Part shown: one piece after another, positions 24,251 to 38,489 of the stretch
Numbering within the stretch: position 1 is the stretch's first letter
How the letters are laid out: every line of letters starts with the position of its first letter
Source of the DNA: Lytechinus pictus
Lineage: Eukaryota
NCBI RefSeq assembly: GCF_037042905.1
Contig: NC_087246.1
Location: forward strand, 9,426,001-9,490,000
Length of the DNA stretch: 64,000 nucleotides
Reading direction: 5' to 3'
The notes under the pieces: model-generated
The model's input: the letters and a program-made list of their open reading frames with translations, nothing else
The model's database searches: none
Told to the model about the DNA's origin: nothing
Made by a program: the position numbers and the translations under genes

Positions 24251-25639
24251 TGTTCATCACTCCGAGTGCTCGTAAATAATGCTGTTCACCCATGCACTCC
24301 CAATCCGAAATATGGATCGAAAACTCTAACCCTATAGACTAAACGTGTTAAATAACGTTAGCCTCCGTCAGGGAGAATATAGCAAACGAATGATTTTCTC
24401 AACCACCCCCCTCCAAAAAAAAAATATATATTTATATACATATCAAATGAAATGACAAAATTTCAGGTCGCGTACGACAAAAATAGACAAATTTAGAAAT
24501 TAAACTTGAATTTGACAGCATTCGTATTTGTGTTTGGTGAATTAGGGAGGTCTTTTTTTTTTTTTTTTGGGGGGGGGGCTTCCGTCCCCAAAGCTCCCCC
24601 CCTAGAACCACGCCTACCCCACACACTTTCAAATTCACTCCACCGCCCCTGCGTAGAATAAATAGGCAACATTTTTTTATATGATTTGCCTGGATTTCAG
24701 TCATTAAAATTGTATACATTATGATCAACGACATAATTATACAAACGCTGCAAGATATAGCAAAAACAATAATTACCTGTCTATAGGATTGTAAAAAAAA
24801 AACGCTTTAATAAGCTGATCATTATTGGATATATTAGCCCCGATATTAGCCTCCTGAAAAGCAAGGCTTTAGTGATTTAGATCTATATGATTATAATAAA
24901 GACAACATTTATTTAATGAATCAATCAGTGTAATTATTCGGGGGAAAATTACACAACAAAAGGCTTACATTATGAAGGAGAAGAAGGAAAAAAGCGAATA
25001 AGATGTGTGTACACGTCATGTGTTTTAACCTATATTATTATTATTATTATTATTATCTGTTTTGGTCATTCCCTTCCCCTTTTTTCTTTATTATCTTTAC
25101 AATGTACATGCTTTACTTTACTCCAACGATGTTGTATATAGGACTAAGCCTGTTCATCGATCAAGTAGAGATGGCCATTGCTGCTCTCCTTCTGAAAAAA
25201 TTACACAGATGCACTACTTATGTTGGCAGGGAGGGATGGCAGGGGTATCACGGACAGCAAAAAAAAAATCCATTAAAACAATCGAAAATCACTCAAAATC
25301 ATAGGCAATTTTCTTTCCATTATGATGTTGCACAAAATAATTGTACCACAAGGGGGTAGGGTTAAAAAGAGAACTTTATTGTTTTCTTGCTCAATGTGCT
25401 TGCTTGCACATGATGCTTGTGGAAGCAATCGGATTCTTTAAAAGAAAGTTAGTAATGATTGGTCTATGCTTTTTTTCACTCATGAATTGCTTATTTTCCT
25501 CAATATAGGCTGCACTGTATGTGCCAGAGCCCAGAGTCCATTTCACGAAATATCCCCTTTTTTATTCCGAGGGTGCTAATTTTTCCTTTTTTCTTGTACG
25601 CTATACACTTGTAAACTATTAAAAAGCAGACCAATTCAA

Positions 25640-26365
25640 CAAGCAAAGTGGACTAGGAATATAATGTGCAAGCTAAATTTTTGTTTATATTCAGAACTCA
25701 CTATTTCTAATCATGAACAGGATATTGTCTAATAACGGTTAATATAAGCGCGAAGCGCGAGCTGAATTTGTTGTTGTACTGACATGAAAAGGAAATTTTT
25801 TAGGACTGTTGATAAGAATTTGTGTTTATGATGCGAATCTTACCGATCATAATGTGAGCCCGCTACGTGATGTAAAAAAAAATCATTAAAATTATTCAAT
25901 CTTAAATCTTATATTGGTTATCATAAACAGGTATCTCATGGTTTAAAATAATGTAAGCTTGAAGGCATGAACAGAAATACCTTTTTGTGTATATATATAT
26001 AATTAAAGGCAGGATATTTCAAATGCCATCTAATCCTCATGAGGGATCTCATTAAACATGTTAAATGGGCAATATGAGCGCGAAGCGCAAGCGGAATATG
26101 CATTTCAATTTTGAAATTTACCAATTCTCGCCTCCTCTCATATTCGCCAGTTTTCTTCATACTTGTATAATTTTTTTTTTTTATTCTTCATGTTTTCTTT
26201 ATCTCTTCTTTTCCATTGTTTCATTTTCTTCTTCTTCTTCTTCTTCTTCTTCTTCTTCTTCATCTTCTTCTTTTTCGTTCTTCTTCTTCTTCTTCATCAT
26301 CTTCTTCTTCTTCTCTCTCACCTTTCTCCCTTTTTTTACGGGGTCCGCGGCCGCTTCGCCCCCTG
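25640..26365 (+). mobile_element. Degenerate repeat related to 20370-23946, with a (CTT)n tract and ...CGCCCCCTG end
   Basis: GCGCGAAGCGC motifs at about 25748 and 26078, pyrimidine tract 26228-26312, GC-rich terminus. Left boundary approximate. Confidence 0.5.
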
Positions 26366-26639
26366 AGATTTGCAAATTTCTTATCATTGCCCCCTCGTAA
26401 TCTATATATCAATTTGGTACAAGATGAGACAAGGACGTTTAGGCTCCTCTGTTCACTATTATGTTGAAAAAACCCTGACGTTTCTTCGTTACACGCCTAT
26501 GTTTATCTCTCTGTTTTCTTTTATTTTTCTTGTTATTTATTTCTCTCTTTATTTCCCTTCCCTTCTTCCTTGATGAGGCTTACTATCTTTTAATTATTTA
26601 TTTTTGACTCTGAAATGATGGCTTGGTGGGTGCAAAGAG

Positions 26640-27060
26640 AGATGGCCTATTGATGTACCTCCCGTATACCGTACGTACAGAAGTGCGGATAGTTTTCAAT
26701 TGTAACGGAATGCCACTGAATCAGAATTATCATCCAAATATTTTTGGCTATGGACGTGCAGATCAAGGCATTTATTAGCACTTAAAATATTAGCGTGTTT
26801 ATGAACATCCACGTACCATTACTCAATGAGAAGCCATTCTTACCTAGCACACCCGGAACTACACACGTTAATCATTCTTCTGCTCTCGACATTCGAGCAA
26901 CATCGCAGATACGAAGATCGCTGCCCCCGAAAGCCGCCCGTACATATACATTGCAAACGCTCGCAAGACTCATTAACCAAGTCCAGCGCAGCCTGACAAG
27001 CGACAGGAGCTGCCCCCTCTCAGCGAATTTCGACCCCACTTTTGGTCGAAAAATGGCGCA
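26640..27060 (+). promoter_or_regulatory. CpG-enriched putative promoter/5' UTR of the plus-strand gene
   Basis: Local CpG enrichment in non-repetitive-looking DNA, ending in the YY1-like motif AAAATGGCG that overlaps the ATG. Confidence 0.55.
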
Positions 27061-27107
27061 GCCGGGGTCATCAGAACAACAAACGCATAAAGATGAGCAA
27101 GATACAA
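27053..27107 (+). CDS. First coding exon of an unidentified gene (MAQPGSSEQQTHKDEQDT), divergent from MRPL44
   Basis: AAAATGGCG start context after a CpG-rich region; 18 codons + 1 nt, then GTAAGC donor. Peptide too short to identify. Confidence 0.65.
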
Positions 27108-28132
27108 GTAAGCACTACGGGAATTTTTCTTTTTTTTGTAGATTATTTGTAACATTTTCTGGAAATAAGATATATTTTGTAATGTTTTGCTGATAAGGTG
27201 TGTTGTGATTTGTGTGAGTGAGCCACCCCGATCATTTTTACCGTGATCTCTCATGCAGTTAGGTGGGGATGGGATCTCTATTCCCCAAAGTGGGTCATAT
27301 TTCTTTGTTCATACGTCAAGAACTTATCGAATGACAGTTCCCTGTCGCTCTCTGCGGGGAAATGCAAAACCCAGAAGAGTGAGAGAGGTTTATTCCTGGT
27401 CTGGAAAATCCTCCAAACTTACCAAAGCAGAACACATTTGTAACAGAAGATGGGGGATTGAATTCTGTTTCAATTTTGTTGGCTATGTGCGCTGAGCTGT
27501 CTTGCATTACTTATTCCAGGCAGGACCCTATGACAGAAAAGGGGGCAAGGATTCTAGAAAGCCCAGCAGGGGTGAAAAGGTACTTGTTAGTGTTAAAAGG
27601 CTTTCAAGTGGCAATCAATGTTTAGTAGAAGATCAGTCCTGCTCTCTTCTTTCCCAGTTTTTACCTGTGTTATCTCATTGCAAACATCAAATGGAGAAAT
27701 CGGGAAGTCACAAGTGGTGATGAACAGAGACGGGGAATGGGAATAAAAGTTAAGGACTGGGGCTTGTGCAGTTTTTGACCTTGGCCTAATATGTAAATGT
27801 TCCCTTGTGGTTTTTACTGGTCTTTCCAAGGGTGAGAAACTTGGAAAGAAGATGTGTTTTCTAGCATGAACTTCTCCACCCTACTGAGCCTTTTAGCTGT
27901 CTTGTAAACTTTTCCAACAAATCTGACAATGCTGTTGATGTAATTTAATTTTGAGCTCAGATAAAGCCCTTTGAATTATTAGTTAAAGGAGGAGGATTCA
28001 CCCTTTTTAAATTTATATCAAGGGGAAAGAGATAACAGGTGCAATGCATGGGCATGGGGGGAAAAGGGCTACATATCTTTTCATAAATGAATATATTGTC
28101 CTTGTCATTCAAATCAGGTAAAGGGGAATTTC

Positions 28133-28135
<3 letters not shown>

Positions 28136-28173
<38 letters not shown>
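28136..28173. repeat. (TA)n microsatellite
   Basis: Direct reading. Confidence 0.95.
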
Positions 28174-28178
<5 letters not shown>

Positions 28179-30504
28179 AAGTTGTTACATGTAGAATAAT
28201 GAAATTTCAATTTGTATATTTTAATGTACACCTTACATGTGGGCTTTAGTCTTACCTTTTGCAATGGGTTTTCATTCAGAGAAAAATGAATTCTCGGGTC
28301 ATTGATTGGACTGTTCAAGAACAAATCTACGTGTTCACTTGGGTTCCATGTATAGTCAGGGGGTGTATTCAAGAACAGTTTTGAGACTTGTACCATAAAG
28401 TGTTGATGGATAAAATGAAAATTAATGGATTGTGATATTTTTTTGCAATGAATACAATTAAGAGCCCCTTTCAAAAGCAAGGTGGCAGTTTGTTGGTAGT
28501 TACTTTAACAATGAGTGAAGTTTGTTGACTACTTAGATTTTAGAACACTTTCAAATCTTGAACTTGATCAAATAGGCCTACACCTCTATCATTCATACAT
28601 TCCTTCATCAGTGTCTTTGAATTATGATTTTATGAGACATTGAATATAGAAGCTGTTGATGTCAGTAATATTTTTAAATGATTTGTATTCAAAGCAGAGT
28701 GAGATGTCAATTAAATGTAATGAGGCAATCAATAACAATTGTAGATTCATGATATAATTTGGGACCAAGTTTGTAGATGAATATGATTTTCTCCCATTCA
28801 TTACAGAAGTTACTTAAAATAACAACTTGTCATTCTGTTTTTGTAGATTTGCTGACTATGACTGTCAGTGTGTATTGCATAGCTTTGTGCATGTTTTGAG
28901 TGTGGGTCACGCCTCCAAGAACAAGAAATTCTGTTAACATATGACCCCTTACATTATCAGTCAATTTCCAAACCCTTCCATGGCTGGGTAGGACCAGGCT
29001 ATGGTGAGACAACCCCAACTCCTGGCAGGGGGCTGGGTAATGGATACCTGGCTCTCATGAATGCACAAATTCTTTACCATGACCTTTCCTTTGTTCAAAT
29101 TCTGGGGGTGTTTTGACCCCTGTCACAGGGGGTCACCTCTGGGTTCAGCAGGGGAGTTGTGTACCAAAGAACTGGAGCCCCATTTTAGATGTCTCATTTT
29201 CTTTTCATCTCCAGTTTCCTGCATTTCTCCAACTTTTCATTAAAAAAAATATTTTTAGACACTGTGTTGCATTAATTTCCTCATAACCTATTGAATCCTA
29301 TTCTATTTTGGTTATATCAGATGATTATAAGATCATGGTTTTATGAAGAATCTTGTCCAAGTTCTTACAGTGTTCGCCTATACTGACATTACTATGGTAT
29401 GTAAGTACCGGTATCTTGATAATAATCAATACTTTCAACATTTGATTGAGATTTTTTGTTCTTGGTATTTCAATGTGTGCTAATGAGGCCATGCTTGTTA
29501 AAATGTGTTATGGACAAAAAAAATCCCTTGTGATTGATTTTGATTGCATACTGTACTGTACTGGAATAGAGAGGTAGGCCGACTACATTTAAATACCTGA
29601 ATACAATTCTTATTCGTAAAAATTAACTTCTCTTATTTTCTGCTTTTTTTTTTTGCGGGGGGGGGGGGGGGGGTGGGAGGTATGGGATAAGCAGTTAGAT
29701 TCTCAGTTATTGGATCCCCTTAATTCCCTTTATGAGATTGTATTTCTTTTATTCTGCTTAGCTCCCACTCTTGTTTTTTTTTTTGCTTCCATACCAGTTT
29801 GATAAATTTAATCATGTTGTCCTAATCATAATTTTACAGAGTACACTGTACATAGATCATTTAGATGAATAAATCCAAGATGGTGCTGATCTGTTAACTC
29901 GTTTGGAATGTCAATTAATGTGGCTTAGGCGGTTGGTACGTGTGTCTATTTTATACAGTTTCTATTGGAGTATTGGATCGGTATGTGCCATTATGGCACG
30001 ATGCAGTTTGGTCATCTTGATTTCCCCCCTCTTCTGCCTCCCCCAATTTGGGGTCCCCCGGTAGGAGCCCACTTTCTAGGGGTGCAGCAAACCATCTGTG
30101 ATAGCACCCCAGGCCGCTCATAATTTGAGCTGTTTTTCGACTTGACCTTTCCCTTCTGAGCCAACCCTAGCATGATTTCACCCCTTCCATACCAGGGGGC
30201 CCTGTCTTGAGTCAAGGACACACCTTAAATAACTTGAAACCAAGAAAAGATGCTGGGAAACTACACCAGTGGCTTTATTACTGTTTGAGAAAAGTGAACC
30301 TGAGCCTCCCCCACCCATTTTATAACTTACTTGGAAGCCTCTGTAGAATCTACACATTCAGTATATAACATACTTGTATATGGAAATCCTCATTATGTAT
30401 TAATTTAGTCTTGATTATCTGTCCATTCATTTTTAGCCTATAATATAGGCAGAGGCTGCAGCTATAGTCTCTGCAGTTACGAATGTGATGTTGATGACGT
30501 AATA

Positions 30505-30663
30505 GCGCAGTCACATTTCCCCCATGGCAGCTGTACGGCGAGTCGAAAACAGCCGTTTTATCATTTTTTGTACCAGTTACAATTAGGTGGTTTGAATAAA
30601 AATGAATAAAACGGCCATTTTGGACCCGCCGTACGGCTGCCTTAGGGGAAATGTGACTGCTGC
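30505..30663. mobile_element. Short MITE with ~60-bp TIRs (Harbinger-like, tentative)
   Basis: GCAGTCACATTTCCCC...GTACGGCG...GCCGTTTTAT mirrored by ATAAAACGGCC...CGCCGTAC...GGGGAAATGTGACTGC. Confidence 0.8.
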
Positions 30664-31382
30664 ATCAGCCTTACGTCTGATGCAGCATGACTGCGAATAC
30701 ATCACTTTCCCTGTTTCATGTTTGTCATTTGAAACCCATTTTATTTTGAAAATGGATTTTAAACTCTCCCAAATCTGTAATTCTGCAATTGTTCTGCACC
30801 CTTGTTCACTTGGTGATATTTACTGTTTATATTTGGTAAGCCTATTGATTGCTTTTAAAAACTGTGTGAACACTAGTTTTCTCACCTACGTGTGTATTGT
30901 GTTTGACTAAATCTCACTTGAAGATATAGATCTTTGTCATGTGACCCTTCCCTAACCTGGGCTTTCTTGGCACTGATAGGATTGTCTGGTACTCAGTACA
31001 GCATACATTAGGTGATCAAATTTCTTACCAACCATGACATGGATTGTGCTTCTTGCCCCTTTCACAGTATCTTTGTGTATTTTTACAAAGTCAAAGCAGT
31101 GGTGTATATATTCGATTATGATAGAAAAGAGTAGATACATAAGAAAGGCAGATGAAAGTCAATGCCTTTGGCAGGAAAGTAGTAGTACATGCATATATTT
31201 AAACCATTCATATACAGGTCATATGGGAAGGGGATGAGGCTTACATGTATTGTATCTTGGTGGGGCTTGGGTCTCTCTCTTGTGAAGATGGCACACATAT
31301 TTTTTATTCAGGAAAGTATGTACCTATTAATTTATCAAATATTCTGATGAAGTACTGATAAGTAACACCTTTTATAGATCAA

Positions 31383-32557
31383 AGGGATGCTCTGCGCTGA
31401 ATATATTCACAGAGCAAAACCATGCTGAAAATTGAATCAAAATCTGATAACACATGGCGAAGTTATTGAATTTTAAAGTTAAAGGGATACTCCAGGCTGG
31501 AGATATTTATATTTCAATAAAAAAGTAAAATTCACAAAGCAAAATTCTGAAAATTTGATCAAAATCGGATGACAAATAATGAAGTTATTGAATTTTAAAG
31601 ATTTGCATTATTCCGATGAAACAGTTCTAGGCATGTCTGTATGAATATTTATTAGGTGGGCTGATGATGTCATATCCCCACTTGTTCTTTTGTATTTTAT
31701 TATATGAAATTAGGTTTATTCAAAATTTTTCTACCAAGAACTAAAACAATGGATTGACAGCTGATTAAGTGCATTAGATATTTATTGCCGCAACTTATTT
31801 CATCATGATGGAGACACATTTCATATGCATGAAAAAAATGAAACATTTATTATTTCATGTAATAACATAAGTAAAAGGAAAGTGGGGATGTGACATCATC
31901 AGCCCACCAAATGAATATTCAGGACAATGTGCATATAACTGTTTTCACAAAATATTGATAAACTTTGAAATTAGATAATCATAACTTCGTTATTTGTTAT
32001 CTGATTTTGATGAAATTTTCAGAATTTTGCTCTGTGAATTTTACTCTATTTATTTAGATATGATATTTTCAGCCCGGACCATCCCTTTAAGCAGTATTTT
32101 GTGAAAACAGTGATATGCACTTCGTCATGAATATATAGGTGGGCTGATATGTCACATCCCCGCCTTCCCTTTTCTTATGTTGCATGAAATCATAATTGTT
32201 TCATTATTTCATACATGTGTGAATGATATGTCTACCTCATAATGAAATAAGTTGCAGCAATGAATATCTATTGCACTGAATCAGTTTTCAATCCACTGTT
32301 TTAAGTTTTTGAAGGAAAAACAAATGATTAAACCTAATTTCATGTAATAAAATACAAAAGAACGAGTGGGGATATGACATCATCAATTTGCTCATTGAAT
32401 ATTCATGAAGGCAAGCCTAAAACTATTTCAACAGAATAATGCAAAGTTTAAAATGTCATAACTTTGATATTGTCCGATTTTGATCAAATTTTCAGTGTTT
32501 TGTTAGTCTGATTTTAAATCTGTTCAAATCATATTATCCTCAGCCTGGAGTATTCCT
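31383..32557. mobile_element. Kolobok-like MITE, family K2 (host copy)
   Basis: AGGGATGCTC... to ...GGAGTATTCCT|TTAA; colinear with the intact copy at 45413-46005 once the insert is removed. Confidence 0.8.
31483..32086. mobile_element. Family K2 MITE inserted in opposite orientation into another K2 copy
   Basis: TTAA|AGGGATACTCCAGGCTG...CAGCCCGGACCATCCCT|TTAA. Confidence 0.88.
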
Positions 32558-34328
32558 TTAATATGAAAAGAAACATTATTGGTTTAAAGATGTTTTACTT
32601 ATGACCAAACACAAATCTTATTTGCTCGTGGTTCTGGCAGTAGAAATTTTACCCCCTGCTAACTTTATACAATTTTGCAAGATAGACATTGTTTTGTTTG
32701 GGACAGGGGTTGGTGGGGATAGGACAAAAGCGGGAAAGAATGTCTAACCCCACCTCGGTCTGGTTTGGCTATTATTATGTGCTTGTCCTTCGAGCCCCTT
32801 ATAGCTTGTCAAACAAATATTACAAAATATTAGAATGAACTTGAATAAAGGATGATTGTGCGTGATAAATCAACCTCACTGTTCAAGGTCAGTTGGTAAA
32901 ATAGGTAGAGGTTCGGGAGACAATGCTTACTGGATGGTATCATACAGGGTCAGGGTTAAACTATTGTTGTTTAACTATTCTTTCCATCATTTTATTTTTA
33001 TATTTTGATCTACAGCTTCATATATGTGCAGAAACTGCTCTAAATCTAAATATGCATAGATGATATTAGAATCCAAAAGTAGGAGGGATAAGCCTCTGCA
33101 GGAAAGATCCGTTTGAGTATTGGGCTTAGATATATATTACTTCATATTTCCAGTGAAGCAATAGGCTTATTAAAGTGATGAATAGGTGTAAGTTGAATTA
33201 TATTCCTATTTGTGTTTTTATGCATTTTCAATTAGAAATATCACTAAAAAGAGAATGAGCCATATTTTATATTCATGAGAAGAAATTGCATAGAAAGGGA
33301 TTGCCAGTTAACATTTTAATATATGATAATAATTGTTTATTTCTGAAAGTTTTATTCAGTATATCCTCTTTGTAAAAAAAAACTAATAAAGATATAAAGA
33401 TTTGTATTAAAGGGGAACTTTAAATGGCATGAGGTTTGTTATTAATTTGCAGACACAATTTAGTTCTTTTCTTTATACCGTGATTAATTGATGGATATTT
33501 CTGAGGTATTGTTTTCTTGAACAAAAAAAAAAGAAAAGATTCCCAACATTGAAATGAATTGTAAGTGCTGATTGAAATCTTATGTGATGAATAGAAGAGT
33601 TTTGAAGTGACTTGCATTAAGTTTAGTGCTTTAGTCGGGGGGGGGGGGGGGGGGGGTCATATTTCCTTGTTTATCTCTACCATAGAGAAGTACATGTATA
33701 ATTGTACATTAGCCAAAAATAGAAATATGTAAATATGCAGTGTCTCCTAAAGTATGTGAAGACAACTGTTTTTTGCAATTAAGAACAACTAAAATAGGTG
33801 GGGTCACTTACAATGTATATATTGACTCTCAAACTGTGATGATAGAAATTGTCTGTCATAGGGTAGAAAAATATGAGGAAGGAAATATATTTGCTCTTTG
33901 CTTGCTATTTGGACTTCTGGGTTGGGGGAGGATATGGGTGTGGATTTTAAAGCCGTGGCTGACAAAATGAAGTTCTTGATTGTCTTTCTTGTTATATTAG
34001 CCCTAGATGTACTAGACTATTGCATCCATACTGTACAGGCCTCCTTGTACATGTGAGGGAGCAATATGTACAAAAAGACCATAAAATTCCTATCTTTGAG
34101 ATTTGGTAGTGAGGATAGGACCATGGAATCCGAAGGACAGGGGCGCATTAATTCAATATAGATCTTGAATCAAGGACAATGTGTGTTTATGCACCACTTT
34201 TTTACCCAAGAATCATGATTTCTGAACTCAGATTTGATTTTAACGCTGGTCTAAAGTAGTGGTTTAACTATGGAGAGCCAAAGGTGACACAAAAATAATA
34301 TGTGGGGGGAGGTTCTCTTGGCTCTTAA

Positions 34329-34920
34329 AGGTCAAGTCCACCCCAGGAAAATGCTGACTTGAATAAAAAGAGAAAAATCAAACTAGCATAGTGCTGAAAA
34401 TTTCATCAAAATCAGATGTAAAATACGAAAGTTATGACATTTTTAAGTTTTGCTTATTTTTCACAAAACAGTGATATGCACAACTAGGCGAGTCAGTCGA
34501 TGATGTCCATCACTCACTATTTCTTTTGTTTTTTTTGTTTGAATTATACAATATTTCATTTTTTATAGATTTGACATAAGGACCAACTTGACTGAACCAT
34601 ATAGTATTAAACAATGCTAATTATTCCACATGTTCAGGGAGGAATTAATCGTTGTATCAATTGACAATGAGGAGAAAATTAGAATATTTCATATTTCATA
34701 TAATAAAATACAAAATAAATAGTGAGTGGATGACGTCATAGTCTCCTCATTTGCATACCAGCCAGGATGTGCATATAACTGTTTTGTGAAATTAAGCGAA
34801 ATTTTAAAATGGCATAACTCTCTTATTTTACATCCGATTTTGATGAAATTTTAAGTGTTATGCTTGTTGGATTTTTCTCTTTTTATTCAAATCAACTTTT
34901 TGTTGGGGTGGACTTGCCCT
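34329..34920. mobile_element. Kolobok-like TTAA MITE, family K1
   Basis: TTAA|AGGTCAAGTCCACCCC...GGGGTGGACTTGCCCT|TTAA. Confidence 0.9.
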
Positions 34921-35002
34921 TTAAAATTGTCTTTTTAGACTTATTTTGAGCTGTCTTTCAATGATTTTGTTTCTCAACAGAAATGAACATGTATATTATT
35001 AA

Positions 35003-35510
35003 AGAGCAGGTCCACCCTTTTGAACTTGAATGAAAAGAGAAAAATCAAATGGACATACGTACAAACAAATTCGTCAAACTCGGATGTGAAGTGAAGGAAC
35101 TGATGATTTCACTCACTATTTCTTTTGTATAAGAAATATGAAATGTCTCATTTTTTCCTAATTATAATGTGAAATAGGGTTTGATTCCTCCTTAAATATG
35201 AGGGATTGCCATTGTTGCAAACTTGGTTTGATCAAGATGATTCCTTACTGTCAAATGTGTAAAAACTGAAATATTGTATAATTCATACAATAAAATACAA
35301 AAGAAATACATGTTTGTGTAGTGAATGACATCATCAGCTCTCTCATTTGTGTATAACTGTGATGTGCATACAACTGTTGTGTTGAAAATAACCCCCCCCC
35401 CAAAAAAAACCCCTTTTTATTCAACATTTGATTGAAATGAAATTTTCAGCATTATGCCTGTCTGATTCTCTTATTATCGAAATCAACTTTTTACTGGGTG
35501 GACTTTACAT
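35003..35510. mobile_element. Diverged K1-related MITE
   Basis: TTAA|AGAGCAGGTCCACCC...GGGTGGACTTTACAT|TTAA; internal CACTCACTATTTCTTTTG motif shared with K1. Confidence 0.7.
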
Positions 35511-35927
35511 TTAATGCAAAAAATGGTTTAATTTGATTTTGCAGACCATTTTAATGATTTAGAAAAAATATGTATATAGGCCTAAAAAACTTGGATGTTA
35601 AAACTAAGTTAGATCCCAAGAAATATATTTTCCAGACTTCTGTACTTCTTTTCAGATATAGACACAGAAGGGCCCATTGTTTTAGCTGCCTTCATTATTG
35701 AGCATACACAATACCTATTGGGCCTTGCTTCATGCATAGAGATGTTTACTATTAGGTCCATGCTACATGTAACCCCCAGTCCCTGTTTTGTAAGCTGTTG
35801 GCAATGCCCAACCCCTTCTTCTATTTGTATTAACCCCTGATCCTCTAGTTATTCAATAACCAGAGGTCGTAAAACTTTACCTGAAAGCTTATATTTAAAG
35901 GGCAGGAATATGCCCCCTTTCAGAATA

Positions 35928-36680
35928 CAGTCCGACCTCTCTTATCCGGCCTCCCCTTATCCGGATCTCTCTATTATCCGGACGCACATTTGCCGAGATT
36001 TTTTTTTTTAATTCAATCTAGTACGTGAGTAAATTGAGATGGCAATCTTAACTCAATCCTATATGCAAACTCCCTTTGATTACATATATTTTTCAATATA
36101 GTCTACCTAAAACAACATTATTTTTCATGAAAATATCTCGCCCAAATCACCGAAAGAACTTAGGCAGGATAATTTTCCAGGAAAATGGGGCGCAATGTAA
36201 ACATTTCATCACGTTCTCTTTTTGTTTCCCGGGAAAAACAACACATGTCTCGCTAGCTAACACTAGGCCTCAATATGGACAGCGCCATCTATCATGTTTA
36301 AGCCTACAGTCAGTGTAACAATGGCTGACATTGCGAAGCTGCGATAGCCGCCGCGATGATCTTATTGTAAAACTTAGTTTCATCGAGTCATTCATTCTCT
36401 TTCTTTCGAAGTATGCTCGATTTATTCCTCAATCATTTGAGCAGGTAAATTATCCAACAGTTTTGGCCACCAATCGATTTTATTTCCGTAAAAATACCGC
36501 CGATAATTTGCACTGACACTGCAGTGAATACTGTCTGTGTATGCCCACTAAATAGACTACGTGCAGCTTCTATTGCGGAGGCAGCTGCATGTATTTAATA
36601 TTGGGTCTCCCAGATCCGGATAAATCCCTTATCCGGATTGGTGCTGGTCCCAACGTGTCCGGATAAGAGAGGTCGGACTG
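35928..36680. mobile_element. Tc1/mariner superfamily (pogo/Tigger-like) MITE
   Basis: Perfect 22-bp TIR CAGTCCGACCTCTCTTATCCGG; TA TSD on both sides; subterminal TATCCGG repeats. Confidence 0.92.
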
Positions 36681-37172
36681 TATTCTAATGTCTTCAGTAT
36701 GTAAACCTTACAACAATTCTAAAGGGGAAACATAATAATTCGAATTAGTGAGCCCCCTCCCATGTATGCATCTTTCATAAATCATATTGTGTTCACAAAT
36801 TTGCATGGAAAGATAATATTGCTTATTGGTGATACGAACAAACACCTTTTTTTTAAAAGCAGTGTTAGTACATTTTTGTATTTAATGTACAACAAGAGGC
36901 TTTTTTGTATAAAGTAACCTTGAGATTTTAAATTGAACACATGTTGGAGAAGGACAGAAGTTGATTTATCATTAAAGTGTATTCAGAAAAACTTTGCCAA
37001 GTAAGAATGAAATCTTGGTGGGAAAGGTGTAGTTAAGATACATACAATGTAGGTCACCCAAATCAAAGGTCAAGTATAACAAAAGATATCAAATTTTGGC
37101 CAAACTCCATCCTTTTTTCTTTTCTGTTTTGTTGTAGGCCTATACAGTTCATGACTTAACAAGTTAACAAAA

Positions 37173-37648
37173 GGTGGTTTCAAACCGCCTCGATCACAAG
37201 AATCCCCGTTAAATTACGAGAACTTTTTTAGGCTGAAAAATACCCATTAATTATTCCTGCATTCACACCGCCCTGAAACACACCCTTCTGGATAAGTTCC
37301 TGAAGTTACGAGCATGCGCAGTATGGTCTGATAAGCAGCAAGGCGCGAAATTCAAAATCACTAGCCCAGCAGCAACCCATGCACGGCGCCGCACCCAACG
37401 ACACGCTGGGCTAAAAGTTCCCGTAATTTGCTTTCAGACCGCCAAAATACCCACGACCTTGGAAAAATCCCCGTGAAAGTTCTCGTAATTTCGCCAAGTA
37501 CCTACTATTTATCGGGTATTTTCTTTCGGGGATATTACGCGTAGTTTGCTTTCAGACCGCCAAAATACCTGGTATTTTCTGATCGGGGTAAATTTCCCGA
37601 TCAGAGAATACCTGGAACTGGCGAACTTCGAGGCGGTCTGAAACCACC
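37173..37648. mobile_element. PIF/Harbinger-like MITE
   Basis: TIR GGTGGTTTCAAACCGCCTCGA / TCGAGGCGGTCTGAAACCACC; flanks AAA / TAA; internal TTTCAGACCGCC repeats. Confidence 0.8.
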
Positions 37649-38489
37649 TAAACAATGGTACTGCTGAACTGCTGTATAACTTGCCAATTTGTTATTTTGA
37701 TAAGGAATGGGGCAGGAGTGGGACCAGAAAATTATTTTCCTGGTATTGCATCGCAATTTGCTCCTCATATTTTAAAGTCTGCTGATAGAAAAATTATTTT
37801 AAGTAGCAGATTTTTACATTGGACTGTACAGAACATGTGAGAGCTTTCTCTTTTGATCCAACTTTGTTTTTAGTCTTTTTTTTATTTATTTTTTTATAGA
37901 ACTTTGATTTGACGAAGTCAAAGGGTTGAAATATAAAGAACCGGGGGGGGGGGGGGGGGGATGCAAGTAGGATCAAGTTTTGATAAGGTATTCACCTCTT
38001 ATTTTTTAAAGATCATCGGGACATCTGTATATTTCAAATGAGAAAAATATGAAAAAAGTATTGACAAACAAGTATTTATCCTAACAAATGAATTAAAAAA
38101 ACTCTTTGCAGTTATACAGAACATGTAGGCCTACAATAATGAATGAGGAAAACCAATGAATATAGACAATATTTAGTGAAAACTTTGAGATTGTATTTTT
38201 ATATATTGTATTCTATATTGTATTAAACTTTTAAAGTGATAACCAATGAGGTTTAATTACAAGTATATGATATAGACATGGCTTATGAGAGACCCGTTGT
38301 ATAAAACTATGATCTGATCCAACAGCCCAATTTTTGTTTGAAGAAGAAGCAACCCATACATGTAAGTATTTATTACTTTGGTGTGATTTACATGTATTCA
38401 AATTGACTAGTCTACTGACTAAAGGTGTAAGATAAAAATTGCAACTTTATAGGGAGATCCACACATATACATGTACATGTAAGAAAATA

